DNA of 64,000 nucleotides from an archaeon (lineage in GTDB: Archaea > Undinarchaeota > CAZHTU01 > JBDRCC01), in NCBI GenBank assembly GCA_043822065.1, contig JBDRCC010000020.1, positions 54,140 to 118,139 of the forward strand, read 5' to 3'. The notes beneath the pieces were generated by a model that saw only the letters and a program-made list of their open reading frames with translations, was not told the origin of the DNA and made no database searches. How positions within the stretch are numbered: position 1 is the first letter of the stretch; each line of letters begins with the position of its first letter. Shown here piece by piece: positions 18,257 to 28,330 of the stretch. The position numbers were made by a program, and so were the translations under genes.

Positions 18257-18320
18257 TGGGCGATGAAGATGCTGCCCCAGGCTGATACCAGATGATGACC
18301 GGATGGTAGCTACAGAGCCC
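18257..18320 (+). ncRNA. Candidate C/D-box sRNA (weak): terminal stem GGGC/GCCC, C-like AUGAAGA, D' CUGA, C' AGAUGAUGA, D-like CAGA
   Basis: Box order, 12-nt spacers and 4-bp terminal stem fit an archaeal C/D sRNA, but the C and D boxes each carry one mismatch. Confidence 0.25.
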
Positions 18321-18347
18321 ACAAACTCAAAATTTAGAATCCTGCCA

Positions 18348-18734
18348 TTAGCAGTGCGTTATCCTCTTCTTTTCGCAGATCACGTTGGTTATTGCAGTTA
18401 GGAGCGGGCTTATTACTAAGTGCTCCAGCTTGGCGTACTCCTTGCGGTCAGCTGATATCATGGCTGTTCGCTTCACCTTTGCAAATACGAACGTCGACGC
18501 ACACATAATTGCATCTGCATAGCACCTGAGGTATGCGTACGCGCCTATGTCCTCCTCAACCTCCTTCTCGTGAGAAATGACCTTTATAGTATTCTCCGCA
18601 ATTGTGCTGAAGCCAAAAAACTTGTCTACCCAGGCTTCTGCTTCCTCCCACTTGACCTTATGGTCCTTCTCCACGGCCGCCTTTAGCCCCTTCTTCAGCT
18701 CCTCAACTATCTTTGCTGACTCATACTTTGCCAT
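18348..18734 (-). CDS. Hypothetical protein
   Basis: 128-aa ORF with reasonable codon usage; no recognisable motif. Confidence 0.35.
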   Translation of the reverse strand: MAKYESAKIVEELKKGLKAAVEKDHKVKWEEAEAWVDKFFGFSTIAENTIKVISHEKEVEEDIGAYAYLRCYADAIMCASTFVFAKVKRTAMISADRKEYAKLEHLVISPLLTAITNVICEKKRITHC

Positions 18735-18769
18735 GGCTAGATTATCTACTGTTGACGATTTAAACCTTT

Positions 18770-19798
18770 CTAATTCAGCGGCGCCCTTTCCGCCTCAAGC
18801 CTTCCGAAGGTCGGGTACTCCTCGACAATGAAGGCTTTCTCCGCAATCTTCCCTGCAAGCCGCCTTGCTATCGTTTCAGACGCCTCAATCTGCCCCTTCT
18901 CCGAATCAAAGACAAAATACTCCGGCGACAGCGAGAACTTTTTCAGGAGCCGCCGGTGCGCGGCAGCATCCCCCTCAATTACGCCCTTTAGCAGGAGGCC
19001 TTCGCTGGTTTCCTTTTCATACTTCCGCCTGACGTTCTTTGCTGTCCTCTTCAGCCTGTTTCTGAACTGGATGTGGTCCTTCAGCTCAGACGGGCACAGG
19101 TGCGCAGGGACCTTGCCATCAGCGTACTCCAGGATTTTCATTCCGAGCTCAATCGAGCCCTTGATGCCGTACGAGAGGTCGTTCTTCTGCTCAAACCCCC
19201 TCGCCATCATCGCGTCCGAATTCGAGTCTGAATACTCCAGCTCGTTAAGGTTCAGGAAGTCAGCCCTTCCAGCTATCCTATCCACAGCCGCGAGTAGCTC
19301 CTTGTCGGTCCCAGGAATCAGCGGCACCTCGACGCCGACCGACATCGAATACTCCTTTCTGTCCGGCAGGTTCTCCGCCTTGTGGAACCTTATCTCGTCA
19401 AGCTCGGCGCGGTCAAGCTTCCTAAGCCTCTCAGGCGAAGCCAGGCCTCCGTAGGTGTAAAGGTGGAGGTGGAACTTGTGGCCGAAGTTATCCTTGAACA
19501 GCCTGACGCTTTCAAGAAGCCGGTCAAACCGCAGGAAAGGCTCGCCACCGGTTATCGACGCGCCTTCGGCTGACTGGCGCTTAGCCTCCTCGAAAATGTC
19601 CTCGTCCGACCTAACCTCCCTTTCATTCGCCCAGGTGATATCCTTTCCCTTCCTCTTTTCGGATATTGGGCAGTACCAGCACTCAGACTGGCAAATTCCC
19701 GTCAGAAACAGGACGAGCTTCGAGCCGCGGATGCAGAGCTCGCAGCCGCGCGCAAGCTTTCCGCTTGCAAAAGAGTTTCCCATTGTCTCCTTTATCAT
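18770..19798 (-). CDS. Radical SAM domain protein (COG2108-like, PFL-activase-related)
   Basis: CQSECWYCP (Cx3Cx2C) cluster motif; start moved to MIKETMGNS, which abuts the upstream stop codon. Confidence 0.6.
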   Translation of the reverse strand: MIKETMGNSFASGKLARGCELCIRGSKLVLFLTGICQSECWYCPISEKRKGKDITWANEREVRSDEDIFEEAKRQSAEGASITGGEPFLRFDRLLESVRLFKDNFGHKFHLHLYTYGGLASPERLRKLDRAELDEIRFHKAENLPDRKEYSMSVGVEVPLIPGTDKELLAAVDRIAGRADFLNLNELEYSDSNSDAMMARGFEQKNDLSYGIKGSIELGMKILEYADGKVPAHLCPSELKDHIQFRNRLKRTAKNVRRKYEKETSEGLLLKGVIEGDAAAHRRLLKKFSLSPEYFVFDSEKGQIEASETIARRLAGKIAEKAFIVEEYPTFGRLEAERAPLN

Positions 19799-20820
19799 TT
19801 GGGAACGCTTTCGAGTGCCCTTGCAACGAGCTTCGCCGCGTCCTCGACGTCCTTCATGGACACGACCTCGACCGGCCCGTGCAGGTACCTCTCCGGCACG
19901 CTTACGACGGCAGTCCGCACCCCGCACTTTGTTAGCTGGATCATGGTTCCGTCGGTCGCGCCGCCGTCCCCGACCTCAAGCTGATATTTTATCTTGTTCC
20001 TCTTTGCGACTCCGATAAGCCAGTCGACCAGCTTCCTGTCTGCTACGGTCCCCCTGCCGCCTGCCTCGACGTAGGTGAATGAAGGCCCGCCGTTCAGCTT
20101 TACAGGCACATCCTCGCCCTTGACATACGGGTAGTCCCCTGCGGTTGTCGTGTCGAGGACAATCGCTATGTCCGGATCAATGCCAAATGCGGATGTCCTC
20201 GCGCCCTTTGAGCCGATTTCCTCCTGCACGCTTGCTACGGCGTATATCTCGTTCTTGCTCTTCGTCATCTGCATCGCTTTTATCATGACTGCAAGCCCGG
20301 CGCGGTTGTCGAGCGACCTCCCTGTGACAAAATCATTGTGCATCTCTGCGAACTCCATGTCAAAGACTGCGTAGTCCCCGATTGAAACGAACTTCTCAGC
20401 CTCCTTCTTGTCCTTGAAACCGGCGTCGATGTACATCTCCTTTGCCTTCATGACCTTCTTCTGTTCGTCCTCCTCAAGGAGATGTGGTGGTTTCGCGCCG
20501 ATTACTCCTACCATAGTCGTCTTCCCGAGGATTTTCACCCTCTGGCTCACGAGCGTCCTGTCGTCTATTCCGCCCATCTTGACGAACTTCAGGAATCCGT
20601 CGTCGGTTATGCTTTTTATTACCAGCCCTATCTGGTCCATGTGGGCGTCAAGCATTACTGCGGGCTTGGAGCCCTTCCTGTGGCATATTATGTTCCCGAG
20701 GACATCCTCCTTGATGTCGTCGCAGCAGCCCTTGAGCTCCTTTCTGACTATTTCGCCTACCTCATTCTCGCTTCCGGAAGGTCCGTTTGCATTTGAAATC
20801 TTTCGAAGAAGGTCTTTCAT
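19795..20820 (-). CDS. M42-family (TET/FrvX-type) aminopeptidase
   Basis: Typical M42 N-terminus (LLRKISNANGPSGSENEV), metal ligands (HMDQIG, DNRAG); 341 aa. Confidence 0.7.
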   Translation of the reverse strand: MKDLLRKISNANGPSGSENEVGEIVRKELKGCCDDIKEDVLGNIICHRKGSKPAVMLDAHMDQIGLVIKSITDDGFLKFVKMGGIDDRTLVSQRVKILGKTTMVGVIGAKPPHLLEEDEQKKVMKAKEMYIDAGFKDKKEAEKFVSIGDYAVFDMEFAEMHNDFVTGRSLDNRAGLAVMIKAMQMTKSKNEIYAVASVQEEIGSKGARTSAFGIDPDIAIVLDTTTAGDYPYVKGEDVPVKLNGGPSFTYVEAGGRGTVADRKLVDWLIGVAKRNKIKYQLEVGDGGATDGTMIQLTKCGVRTAVVSVPERYLHGPVEVVSMKDVEDAAKLVARALESVPK

Positions 20821-20859
20821 CTAAACCACCGAAAAGTGAAAGGGGGAGGTAGATTTAAA

Positions 20860-21390
20860 CTATTTGGTCAGCACTATTATGTCAAGAGTCTTTGCCGGCG
20901 CCCTGTTTTTTATGAGGACATAAAAATTATCGTGGAGCCTGACGTATTCCTCCACCGTGAACCCGGACAGCTCAGCCATCTTGCGCGCAGTCCGCATCAG
21001 GTCTGCCTCTTTCCAGCCATATGCATCGACGCACAGAAGTATCCTCGCGTCCTTCTTGAGGTAGGGCTTGAGCGGGACTACCATCGCAACCGCGCCGTCA
21101 ACATTGAGCGGGACTGTCGTCACGACCGCACTGAGGCTGTCGTCCTTGAATACTGCCGGATCTATCCGCCTTATGTTTTGCGGGGTTATCCTCAGATTCG
21201 GGTTATCCTTCTCGAGCGCCCTGACTGCCGCAGGAATTTTCTGCTCTATGTCTATGAGGTAAACAGTCGCGCACTTGTCGATGCAGTACTCAACAAAGTT
21301 TATGTCCGCCCCTATCACGGCTGCCCGGGGTAGGTCTTTGAAAATTCCAAACCTCTTGTCAAGGTCCGCTATTGATTCAAATTCTGCCAT
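20860..21390 (-). CDS. Hypothetical protein, possibly Rossmann-fold methyltransferase-like
   Basis: AAVIGADINFVE and VYLIDIE resemble MTase motifs I/II; start set to MAEFESIADL. Confidence 0.3.
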   Translation of the reverse strand: MAEFESIADLDKRFGIFKDLPRAAVIGADINFVEYCIDKCATVYLIDIEQKIPAAVRALEKDNPNLRITPQNIRRIDPAVFKDDSLSAVVTTVPLNVDGAVAMVVPLKPYLKKDARILLCVDAYGWKEADLMRTARKMAELSGFTVEEYVRLHDNFYVLIKNRAPAKTLDIIVLTK

Positions 21391-21866
21391 TAGATGAGGG
21401 TCTTTATCTGCTTCCTTATCTGCTTGATGTCCTTTATGTTGTCGTAATGCACGAGCTGCTTCTGGCACATCGGGCACTTGAACTGGGACTCAAGCGCGGA
21501 GGTGTATTCCGTCCTGACGCAGCCGTCGATGCACTGGAAGAAGTGGTTCTTCTCCTCGAACTGGAGCCTTTCGTTCAGGGTGTCAAAGGTCCTTGAGCCC
21601 TCCATTCCGATGAACTTGTCCACCATCTCCGGGTTTATCCTCCAGATGTAGTTGTACCAGCCCGACCTCTCCTTTTCCTTGCGGTAGGTGATAATCCCCT
21701 TGGTGTGCATCTCGTTGAGCACGCGCCTTATGGTGTTCGGCCGTATCCGCATCTTCTCGGCAATCTTCTGGTCGGTTATCTCGCCCTTTGTAAGTATCTT
21801 GAGGATTTTTATTGAGTCCTCGTCGAGAATCGTATTTAGCTTTGTGAACTGAACTCGTGATATCAT
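21390..21866 (-). CDS. tfe: Transcription factor E (TFIIE-alpha homolog)
   Basis: Winged helix (ILKILTKGEITDQKIAEKMRIRPNTIRRVLNEMHTKGII) plus zinc ribbon CIDGC...CPMC; start at MISRVQF. Confidence 0.75.
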   Translation of the reverse strand: MISRVQFTKLNTILDEDSIKILKILTKGEITDQKIAEKMRIRPNTIRRVLNEMHTKGIITYRKEKERSGWYNYIWRINPEMVDKFIGMEGSRTFDTLNERLQFEEKNHFFQCIDGCVRTEYTSALESQFKCPMCQKQLVHYDNIKDIKQIRKQIKTLI

Positions 21867-22084
21867 TACTATCTCTTGCAATTTTGAAGCATATAAACTT
21901 AACGATTCATATCCTGAAAATTCACTTCTTAGCAGTGGTAACGGATTTTTTCTATGTTCGGAATTCAAACTTTTTACAAAAGCCCCCAAATAGAAACCTT
22001 TTTATAGTAGTTCTGTTGTATCTTACTCCACTTTCGGGGTTTTCAAATCCTGATGAATTAGTTTAAACTAGAGGTGATTAGACA

Positions 22085-23740
22085 ATGGTAGCACAAACAG
22101 GCGGTCAGCCGGTTTATGTTCTTCCGGAGGGCGGGCAGAGGATACTCGGCCGTGACGCCCAGAGGATGAACATCCTGGCTGGCAAAATAGTTGCAGAGAC
22201 TGTTCGTTCGACTCTTGGCCCTAAAGGGATGGACAAGATGCTCGTCGACAGCCTAGGTGACGTCGTAATAACGAACGACGGAGTGACAATTCTCCAAGAG
22301 ATGGACATCGCCCACCCGGCCGCAAAGATGCTGGTCGAGGTTGCGAAGGCGCAGGATGAGGAGGTCGGCGACGGAACGACCACCGCAGTCATCTTCGCAG
22401 GCGAGCTCCTGAAAAAGGCAGAAGAGCTCCTCGAGCAGAACATCCACCCGTCCGTGATAACGAAGGGGTACAGGGTGGCGAACGACGAGGCGCAGAGGCT
22501 CCTTCAGGGCATAGCCCAGAAGATAAACCCAAGCGACAAGGGGATTCTCGAGAAAATCGCGATGACAGCGATGACCGGGAAGAACGCGGAGCGGGCGAAA
22601 GATTCACTCGCAAAGCTCGCAGTGTCTGCGGTCCTGCAGGTCGCGGAGACTTCCGATGGAAAAATCGAGGTTGACGTCGACAATATAAAGCTCGAGAAGA
22701 AGGGGGGCGGAAGCATTGACGACTCCGAACTCATTCAGGGAATCGTCATAGACAAGGAGCGCGTCCACCCGGCAATGCTGAAGAAGGTCGAGAACGCAAA
22801 AGTTGCCCTTATCGACACGGCAATCGAGATAAAGGAAACCGAGACCGACGCCGAGATAAGGATAACTGACCCGGAGCAGCTCAAGGCATTCCTCGCAGAA
22901 GAGGAGAACATGCTTAAGCGGATGGTCGACAAGGTCAAGGCATCCGGCGCAAACGTTGTCTTCTGCCAGAAGGGCATTGACGACATGGCGCAGCACTTCC
23001 TGTACAAGGCAGGAATCTTCGCGGCAAGGCGCGTCAAGAAGTCCGACATGGAGAAGCTTGCCCGTGCGACAACCGCGAAAGTCGTAAGCAACCTCGACGA
23101 CCTGGAGGCAAAAGACCTAGGCTACGCAGGCCTCATCCAGGAGAAGAAGATAGGCGGAGACGCCATGATCTTCGTCGAGAAATGCAAGGACCCGAAGGCC
23201 GTAACGCTGTTCATACGCGGCGGCACCGAGCACGTGGTTGACGAGGTCGAGAGGGCAATGGAAGACGCAGTCGGCGGTGTTGCCTCCGCAATTGAACTAG
23301 GGCTGGTAGTCGCAGGCGGCGGAGCAGTCGAGATTGAGGTAGCCAAGAAGCTCAAGCAGTTCTCAGAGAAGTCAAAGGGAAGGGAACAGCTTGCGATTAT
23401 GGCCTTTGCCGAGGCGCTTGAAGTCGTGCCGAGGACACTGGCTGAGAACGCTGGGCTCGACCCGATTGACAAGCTGGTCGCCCTAAGGAGCGCCCACGAG
23501 AAGCCAGAGAACAAGTGGTACGGGCTTGACGTCTTCACAGGCGAAGTCGTTGACATGTACAAGGCAGGCGTCATCGAGCCGCTGAAAATAAAGACCCAGG
23601 CGGTCAAGTGTGCCTCAGAAGCGGCTGAAATGATTTTGAGGATAGACGACGTTATTTCCGCAAGGGAGCTCGGCAAGAGGGACGCCGGCGGCGGAATGCC
23701 CAGAATGCCCGGTGGAATGGGCGACATGGGGGACATGTAA
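22085..23740 (+). CDS. ths: Thermosome subunit (group II chaperonin)
   Basis: [22 protein letters not shown] motifs; C-terminal GGM repeat tail; 551 aa. Confidence 0.9.
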   Translation: MVAQTGGQPVYVLPEGGQRILGRDAQRMNILAGKIVAETVRSTLGPKGMDKMLVDSLGDVVITNDGVTILQEMDIAHPAAKMLVEVAKAQDEEVGDGTTTAVIFAGELLKKAEELLEQNIHPSVITKGYRVANDEAQRLLQGIAQKINPSDKGILEKIAMTAMTGKNAERAKDSLAKLAVSAVLQVAETSDGKIEVDVDNIKLEKKGGGSIDDSELIQGIVIDKERVHPAMLKKVENAKVALIDTAIEIKETETDAEIRITDPEQLKAFLAEEENMLKRMVDKVKASGANVVFCQKGIDDMAQHFLYKAGIFAARRVKKSDMEKLARATTAKVVSNLDDLEAKDLGYAGLIQEKKIGGDAMIFVEKCKDPKAVTLFIRGGTEHVVDEVERAMEDAVGGVASAIELGLVVAGGGAVEIEVAKKLKQFSEKSKGREQLAIMAFAEALEVVPRTLAENAGLDPIDKLVALRSAHEKPENKWYGLDVFTGEVVDMYKAGVIEPLKIKTQAVKCASEAAEMILRIDDVISARELGKRDAGGGMPRMPGGMGDMGDM

Positions 23741-23749
23741 ATTTACAGT

Positions 23750-23782
23750 GAGGGGGCTCACGCCCCCTCTCCCACTTTTTTT
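23750..23782 (+). terminator. Hairpin (GAGGGGGC-TCAC-GCCCCCTC) followed by a T7 run, downstream of the thermosome gene
   Basis: 8-bp GC-rich stem plus oligo-T tract immediately after the stop codon. Confidence 0.5.
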
Positions 23783-23820
23783 ATAGGAAAGGTTTTATAG
23801 CCAGGAATTATTCCTGTTGC

Positions 23821-25101
23821 ATGGTTTACTTCAACCAGCTAAAAGGTTGCCCTATCCTAGATGCGAAAGGGAAAAAGCTTGGCACTGTAAAGGACTTCAT
23901 CTTCCTTGACGGCAAAAATTATGCCGAGGTGACCCACATAGTCTACACTGACGAGGAAAAGGTCGCAAAGAAAATACCATGGCGCCTTGTCGGGGGGCTT
24001 GTTGATGAGGCACACCCTAAGCGGGTCAGCATAGCAATCAATCTCACCCTCTCTGCGGAGGACATAACGCCGTTTCTCCCGAAAAAAGGCGACCTATTCG
24101 TGAGCGCAATCATAGACAAGCAGGTCGTCGACGTCGACGGCGTCAAGGTTGTCCGCGTCAATGACATAGTCCTGGGCAAGGTAGACTACAAGTTCTGCGT
24201 AGTCGCGGTCGCCGTAGGGATGGCAAGCCTTGCCATGCGGCTCGGGCTCCAGACAAGCTCAGACTCAAACTTTCCGAGCAAGACTGAGCGGATAATACCC
24301 TGGAAATCAGTCCAGCGGCTTGAGCCGGACCTGCACGACCTCCATTTGAGCGTCCAGAAGTCCAAGATTGAGCACCTCCACCCCGAGGACATCGCAGACC
24401 TTATGGAGGACCTGACCCCGAACCAGAGGATACTTGTCTTCTCAACCTTGGATGAAAAAAAGGCGGCAAAGACGCTATTGGGCGCGGAGGATAACGTCCG
24501 TGACACCGTACTGAAGAGCCTTAAGCGGGACAGGATACTTGACATTTTAGAATCGATATCCGAGGACAAGTCAGCTGACGTCCTAAGCCTGATGACTAAA
24601 TCAGAGCGCGGCCGCATGCTTAATGCAATGAAGCCTACTATAAGGAAAAAAGTAATGGATATCCTGAAGTACCCCGAAGAGTCAGCCGCGGCGATAATGA
24701 CGACCGAGTTCATTTCAGTCCCCGAGAGCTACACCGTGATGCAGACGCTCCAGCTTTTGAGAAAGAGGCAGCCGAAGTTCAAGTTCTATTATGTTTACGT
24801 CCTCAACAAGTCAGGCCAGCTCGTCGGCGTCCTCGGGCTGAGAAACCTCCTCCTTGCCAGGCCGTCTGTGCCGATAGCCTCCATTATGAACAAGCAGGTG
24901 ATACACGTCAAGCTCGACACTCCGAAGGAGAGCATAGCAAAGGCGATTTCTAGGTATGAGCTTTCCTCGGTCCCTGTTGTCGACAACTCAAACGTCCTCA
25001 ACGGCGTCGTAAGGGCGTATATGGTCGTTGAGAGCATAATCCCAAAGAAGTGGAAACGGGAGCGGTATCATCCCCACACCCTGAAGCACAAAGCCGCATA
25101 A
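23821..25101 (+). CDS. Soluble MgtE-N domain plus CBS-pair protein with N-terminal PRC-barrel-like domain (no transmembrane domain)
   Basis: MgtE_N-like helical region (LTPNQRILVFSTLDEKKAAKTLL...) followed by CBS pair; ends 2 nt before the NRAMP gene start. Confidence 0.55.
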   Translation: MVYFNQLKGCPILDAKGKKLGTVKDFIFLDGKNYAEVTHIVYTDEEKVAKKIPWRLVGGLVDEAHPKRVSIAINLTLSAEDITPFLPKKGDLFVSAIIDKQVVDVDGVKVVRVNDIVLGKVDYKFCVVAVAVGMASLAMRLGLQTSSDSNFPSKTERIIPWKSVQRLEPDLHDLHLSVQKSKIEHLHPEDIADLMEDLTPNQRILVFSTLDEKKAAKTLLGAEDNVRDTVLKSLKRDRILDILESISEDKSADVLSLMTKSERGRMLNAMKPTIRKKVMDILKYPEESAAAIMTTEFISVPESYTVMQTLQLLRKRQPKFKFYYVYVLNKSGQLVGVLGLRNLLLARPSVPIASIMNKQVIHVKLDTPKESIAKAISRYELSSVPVVDNSNVLNGVVRAYMVVESIIPKKWKRERYHPHTLKHKAA

Positions 25102-25102
25102 A

Positions 25103-26356
25103 ATGAGCTTTATCCAAAAAATAAACATAAAGAATATAGTCTTTATGCTAGGCATCATCGGGCCTGGCATAATCACCGCGACGGTCGACAACGACGCCGG
25201 CGGAATCACGACCTACTCAATCGCCGGCGCGCATTTCGGCTATTCCCTTCTCTGGACACTGATTCCGATAACAATCCTCCTTATAATAGTCCAGGAGATG
25301 TGCGCAAGGATGGGTGTCGTCACAGGCAAGGGGCTTTCAGACCTCATACGCGAGAACTTCGGCGTCAGGATAACGATGTTCATTATGGCAGGGCTGATCT
25401 TTGCAAACGTGTTCGTCACAGTCGCCGAGTTTGCCGGCATGGCTGCAGTCGGGGAGATGGTCGGGATAAGCCGGTACGTCATAGTGCCGCTGGCGGCATT
25501 CGCAGTGCTCCTGCTTACGGTCAAGCTCAATTACCGGGCGCTCGAGAAGATATTCCTGGTGATGACAGTATTCTATGTCTCCTACATCATCTCCGGCATC
25601 ATGTCCAAGCCTGACTGGGGATTTGTAATACAGCAGACCTTTGTCCCGTCATTCAGCTTCGAGCCAGCCTACCTCATTCTCCTCGTCGGCGTAATCGGCA
25701 CAACAATCACCCCGTGGATGCAGTTTTACCTACAGTCCTCGATAGTTGAGAAGGGAGTAAAAGTCAGGGACTACAAGTACTGCAAGTGGGACGTTATCCT
25801 TGGATGCATCTCTACCGACGTCGTCTCATTTTTCATAATCGTCGCCTGCGCGACAGTCCTTTTCCCGCAGGGGATAAGAATCGACAGCGCGGTCGAGGCT
25901 GCAAAGGCGCTCCAGCCGCTCGCCGGCGAGTACGCCTACCTCCTGTTTGCGCTCGGCTTTTTCGCTGCGGCGTTCTTCGGGGCATTCATCCTGCCCATCT
26001 CCACTTCCTTCTACGTCTGCGAGGCGTTCGGCTGGGAGTCAGGGGTTAACAAGAAGTTCCGCCAGGCAAGCGGCTTTTACACCCTCCTTGCCCTCATCAT
26101 AGGCATTGGCGCAGGCGTGATACTCATCCCAGGCATGCCTCTGATTACGATAATGCTCATGGCCCAGGTAATCAACGGCGTCATACTCCCGTTCGTCCTC
26201 CTCGCAATACTGAAGCTGGCGAGCAATCCAGCTATAATGGGCGAGTATACCAACCCGCCCTGGCTGAACGCGGTCGCCTGGGCAAGCTGCATTATAATAA
26301 TGATAATCAGCATACTGATGGTGCTCACAACCCTGAACCCGGCACTCCTCTGGTGA
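25103..26356 (+). CDS. mntH: NRAMP-family divalent metal transporter (MntH-like)
   Basis: 11-12 predicted TM helices; NRAMP signature region TVDNDAGGITTYS and MPxxxxxxH-like segments. Confidence 0.7.
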   Translation: MSFIQKINIKNIVFMLGIIGPGIITATVDNDAGGITTYSIAGAHFGYSLLWTLIPITILLIIVQEMCARMGVVTGKGLSDLIRENFGVRITMFIMAGLIFANVFVTVAEFAGMAAVGEMVGISRYVIVPLAAFAVLLLTVKLNYRALEKIFLVMTVFYVSYIISGIMSKPDWGFVIQQTFVPSFSFEPAYLILLVGVIGTTITPWMQFYLQSSIVEKGVKVRDYKYCKWDVILGCISTDVVSFFIIVACATVLFPQGIRIDSAVEAAKALQPLAGEYAYLLFALGFFAAAFFGAFILPISTSFYVCEAFGWESGVNKKFRQASGFYTLLALIIGIGAGVILIPGMPLITIMLMAQVINGVILPFVLLAILKLASNPAIMGEYTNPPWLNAVAWASCIIIMIISILMVLTTLNPALLW

Positions 26357-26396
26357 TTTAGAAAGGTTTAAATAAACGGGTGGCTTTGATTACTTC

Positions 26397-27023
26397 ATGA
26401 TACAAGAAGACGAGGAGATATACGAATTAGTCGCAACCGATCCCCTCGAAAAGCTGAAGGCAAAGGGCGGCGAACTCGAGAAAGAGATTGACGCAATCAA
26501 AGAAATTCTAAAGGACACAGTTACCATATCAAAACTCAACGCCAGCGCGGAGGAGCTTGTCAGCAAGCTCATCGACATGGTGAAGCTCAGCCAGGACATG
26601 ACGCGGAGCGTCTCAAAGAGCAACGAGGACGTGTCCCGCCAGATAAACAAGAGCATCCAGGAGATGCGGGACAGCAACAGGGAGCTCAGCCAGAAGCTTG
26701 ACGCCCTCCTTGAATTCTTCGCCGAGGCAGGCGAGAAGGAGGAGATTGAGCGGAGCGAGATTGAGTCCGACATGCAGAAAGTATTATCACAGGTCTCCAG
26801 CAAGATAGACAACCTAGTCAGGAGCAACCAGGAAATCAGCAGCAAGACTAAGGAGCTTGAGTTTAAGATGGAGGACCTTTCAAAGAAAAAGCACGTGCTA
26901 AGGCCAGCGCCGTTGCCTTCCGTGATGGAGCAGCCGGCGTTCCCAAAGCCGGAGCGGCCAATGCCGCCGCCCCTTTCCAAGGGAGGCATCCCAGCCCCAA
27001 AGCCGTTCAAGCTTGAGGATTAA
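26397..27023 (+). CDS. Coiled-coil protein with Pro-rich C-terminus (first gene of the pilus-like locus)
   Basis: Heptad-rich sequence; PAPLPSVMEQPAFPKPERPMPPPLSKGGIPAPKP tail. Confidence 0.4.
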   Translation: MIQEDEEIYELVATDPLEKLKAKGGELEKEIDAIKEILKDTVTISKLNASAEELVSKLIDMVKLSQDMTRSVSKSNEDVSRQINKSIQEMRDSNRELSQKLDALLEFFAEAGEKEEIERSEIESDMQKVLSQVSSKIDNLVRSNQEISSKTKELEFKMEDLSKKKHVLRPAPLPSVMEQPAFPKPERPMPPPLSKGGIPAPKPFKLED

Positions 27024-27029
27024 TCAAAA

Positions 27030-27734
27030 ATGGAGTCCAGGCAAATAGCAACCCATGCGATAGTTTTCTGTTCGCTACTTCTTGCGATTGTTATAGTGAT
27101 AGTCGGCTCTAATTTTCCAGGGCTTGCCTACCTGAACCTAATACTGCAGGCTGTCCTAGTCTGCCTCCTGGCGGGAGTGATATTCATTCTAGACCGGATT
27201 CTCACAAAACTGGGCAAACGGGCAATAACGCCGGTCATCTCCGTCGTCCTGCTCCTCATGATGACTGTTGCCATCGCTGGCATAGCATGGTTCTGGCTCC
27301 AGGGCATGACCCAGCAGATACTCAACGCGACAGAGCAGACTGCAGACACCCAGCTCGGCAGGCTCACGTTCGACCTCGACTTTGGAAGCGCGAAGGTCTA
27401 CTGCAGCGGCCCGAACCCGTCTGACTCAGTAACCGCAGTCTCGGTCTTCGTTGCGGTAAACGCCGGCGCCAATAACATCCTGCAGGGCGTAATCCTCAAC
27501 GGCAACGTCGTCGAGGAGGCAGACTTCGAGATAGTCAAAGTCGGGGACAGCCTCGGCAACGGTGAATACAAGGAGATAAAGATACTCAACGGCGGCAACA
27601 AGTACACTGCCGGAGTCCTTGAGAAGGCTGACGATTCTGCCGACCTGGAAGTCGTCGTGAGGACGAACATCGACAAGGAAAAGGCGATAATGACCTTCGA
27701 CGCCGACGCGCCATCCTCGACGACCTGCAACTAA
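27030..27734 (+). CDS. Integral membrane protein with extracellular beta-rich C-terminal domain
   Basis: Three or four N-terminal TM helices. Confidence 0.4.
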   Translation: MESRQIATHAIVFCSLLLAIVIVIVGSNFPGLAYLNLILQAVLVCLLAGVIFILDRILTKLGKRAITPVISVVLLLMMTVAIAGIAWFWLQGMTQQILNATEQTADTQLGRLTFDLDFGSAKVYCSGPNPSDSVTAVSVFVAVNAGANNILQGVILNGNVVEEADFEIVKVGDSLGNGEYKEIKILNGGNKYTAGVLEKADDSADLEVVVRTNIDKEKAIMTFDADAPSSTTCN

Positions 27735-28330
27735 TGAGAGGCCAGTTCACACCGATAGGAGCAATACTAATTGTAGCAATCCTAATAGCCCTGATAAGCT
27801 GGACCTATCTCTGGGCAATCCCCGTCATAGAAAAGCAGAAGACCGCAGTCCTTTACGAATACTCAAAAAGCGAGCTTGAGGAAATGCGCGACGCGGTCAG
27901 GTCCGTCGCAGGCGCGGAGGGCGCCCAGCGGACCGTCAATGTAAACCTCAAAAGCCTCGAGTTCCGCCTCAACGAGCGCGGAGGCGAATTCTCAAACTCA
28001 ATTGACATGAAGATAGGCTCGGACGTAAAGCTGCTCTCGGACAGCTGGTCTGTTGTTGACTCCTCCGAGGACGACAAGGAGGCCGTCGGCGTGCTTGGCG
28101 AGGACAATGCAGGCGTCATAATAGGCAAGCAGGAAAAAGGGATACTATTCCTCCGCCTCTGGTACCGCGACCTTTACGACAGCCAGACAAAAAATTATTA
28201 CAGGATAAACCTCGTCCGCAGTACCCCGTGGATAGTTGAGTCCGGGCGCCAGGAATTCGTCCTGAAGAATACTGCCCAGTACAAAGAGGGCGGCTACATA
28301 ACAACCAACATAACGGTGTCGGTGAAGTAA
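27734..28330 (+). CDS. Type IV pilin-like protein (class III signal peptide, MRG|QFTPIGAILIVAIL)
   Basis: Short charged N-terminus, Gly at -1, Gln at +1, hydrophobic helix. Confidence 0.55.
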   Translation: MRGQFTPIGAILIVAILIALISWTYLWAIPVIEKQKTAVLYEYSKSELEEMRDAVRSVAGAEGAQRTVNVNLKSLEFRLNERGGEFSNSIDMKIGSDVKLLSDSWSVVDSSEDDKEAVGVLGEDNAGVIIGKQEKGILFLRLWYRDLYDSQTKNYYRINLVRSTPWIVESGRQEFVLKNTAQYKEGGYITTNITVSVK

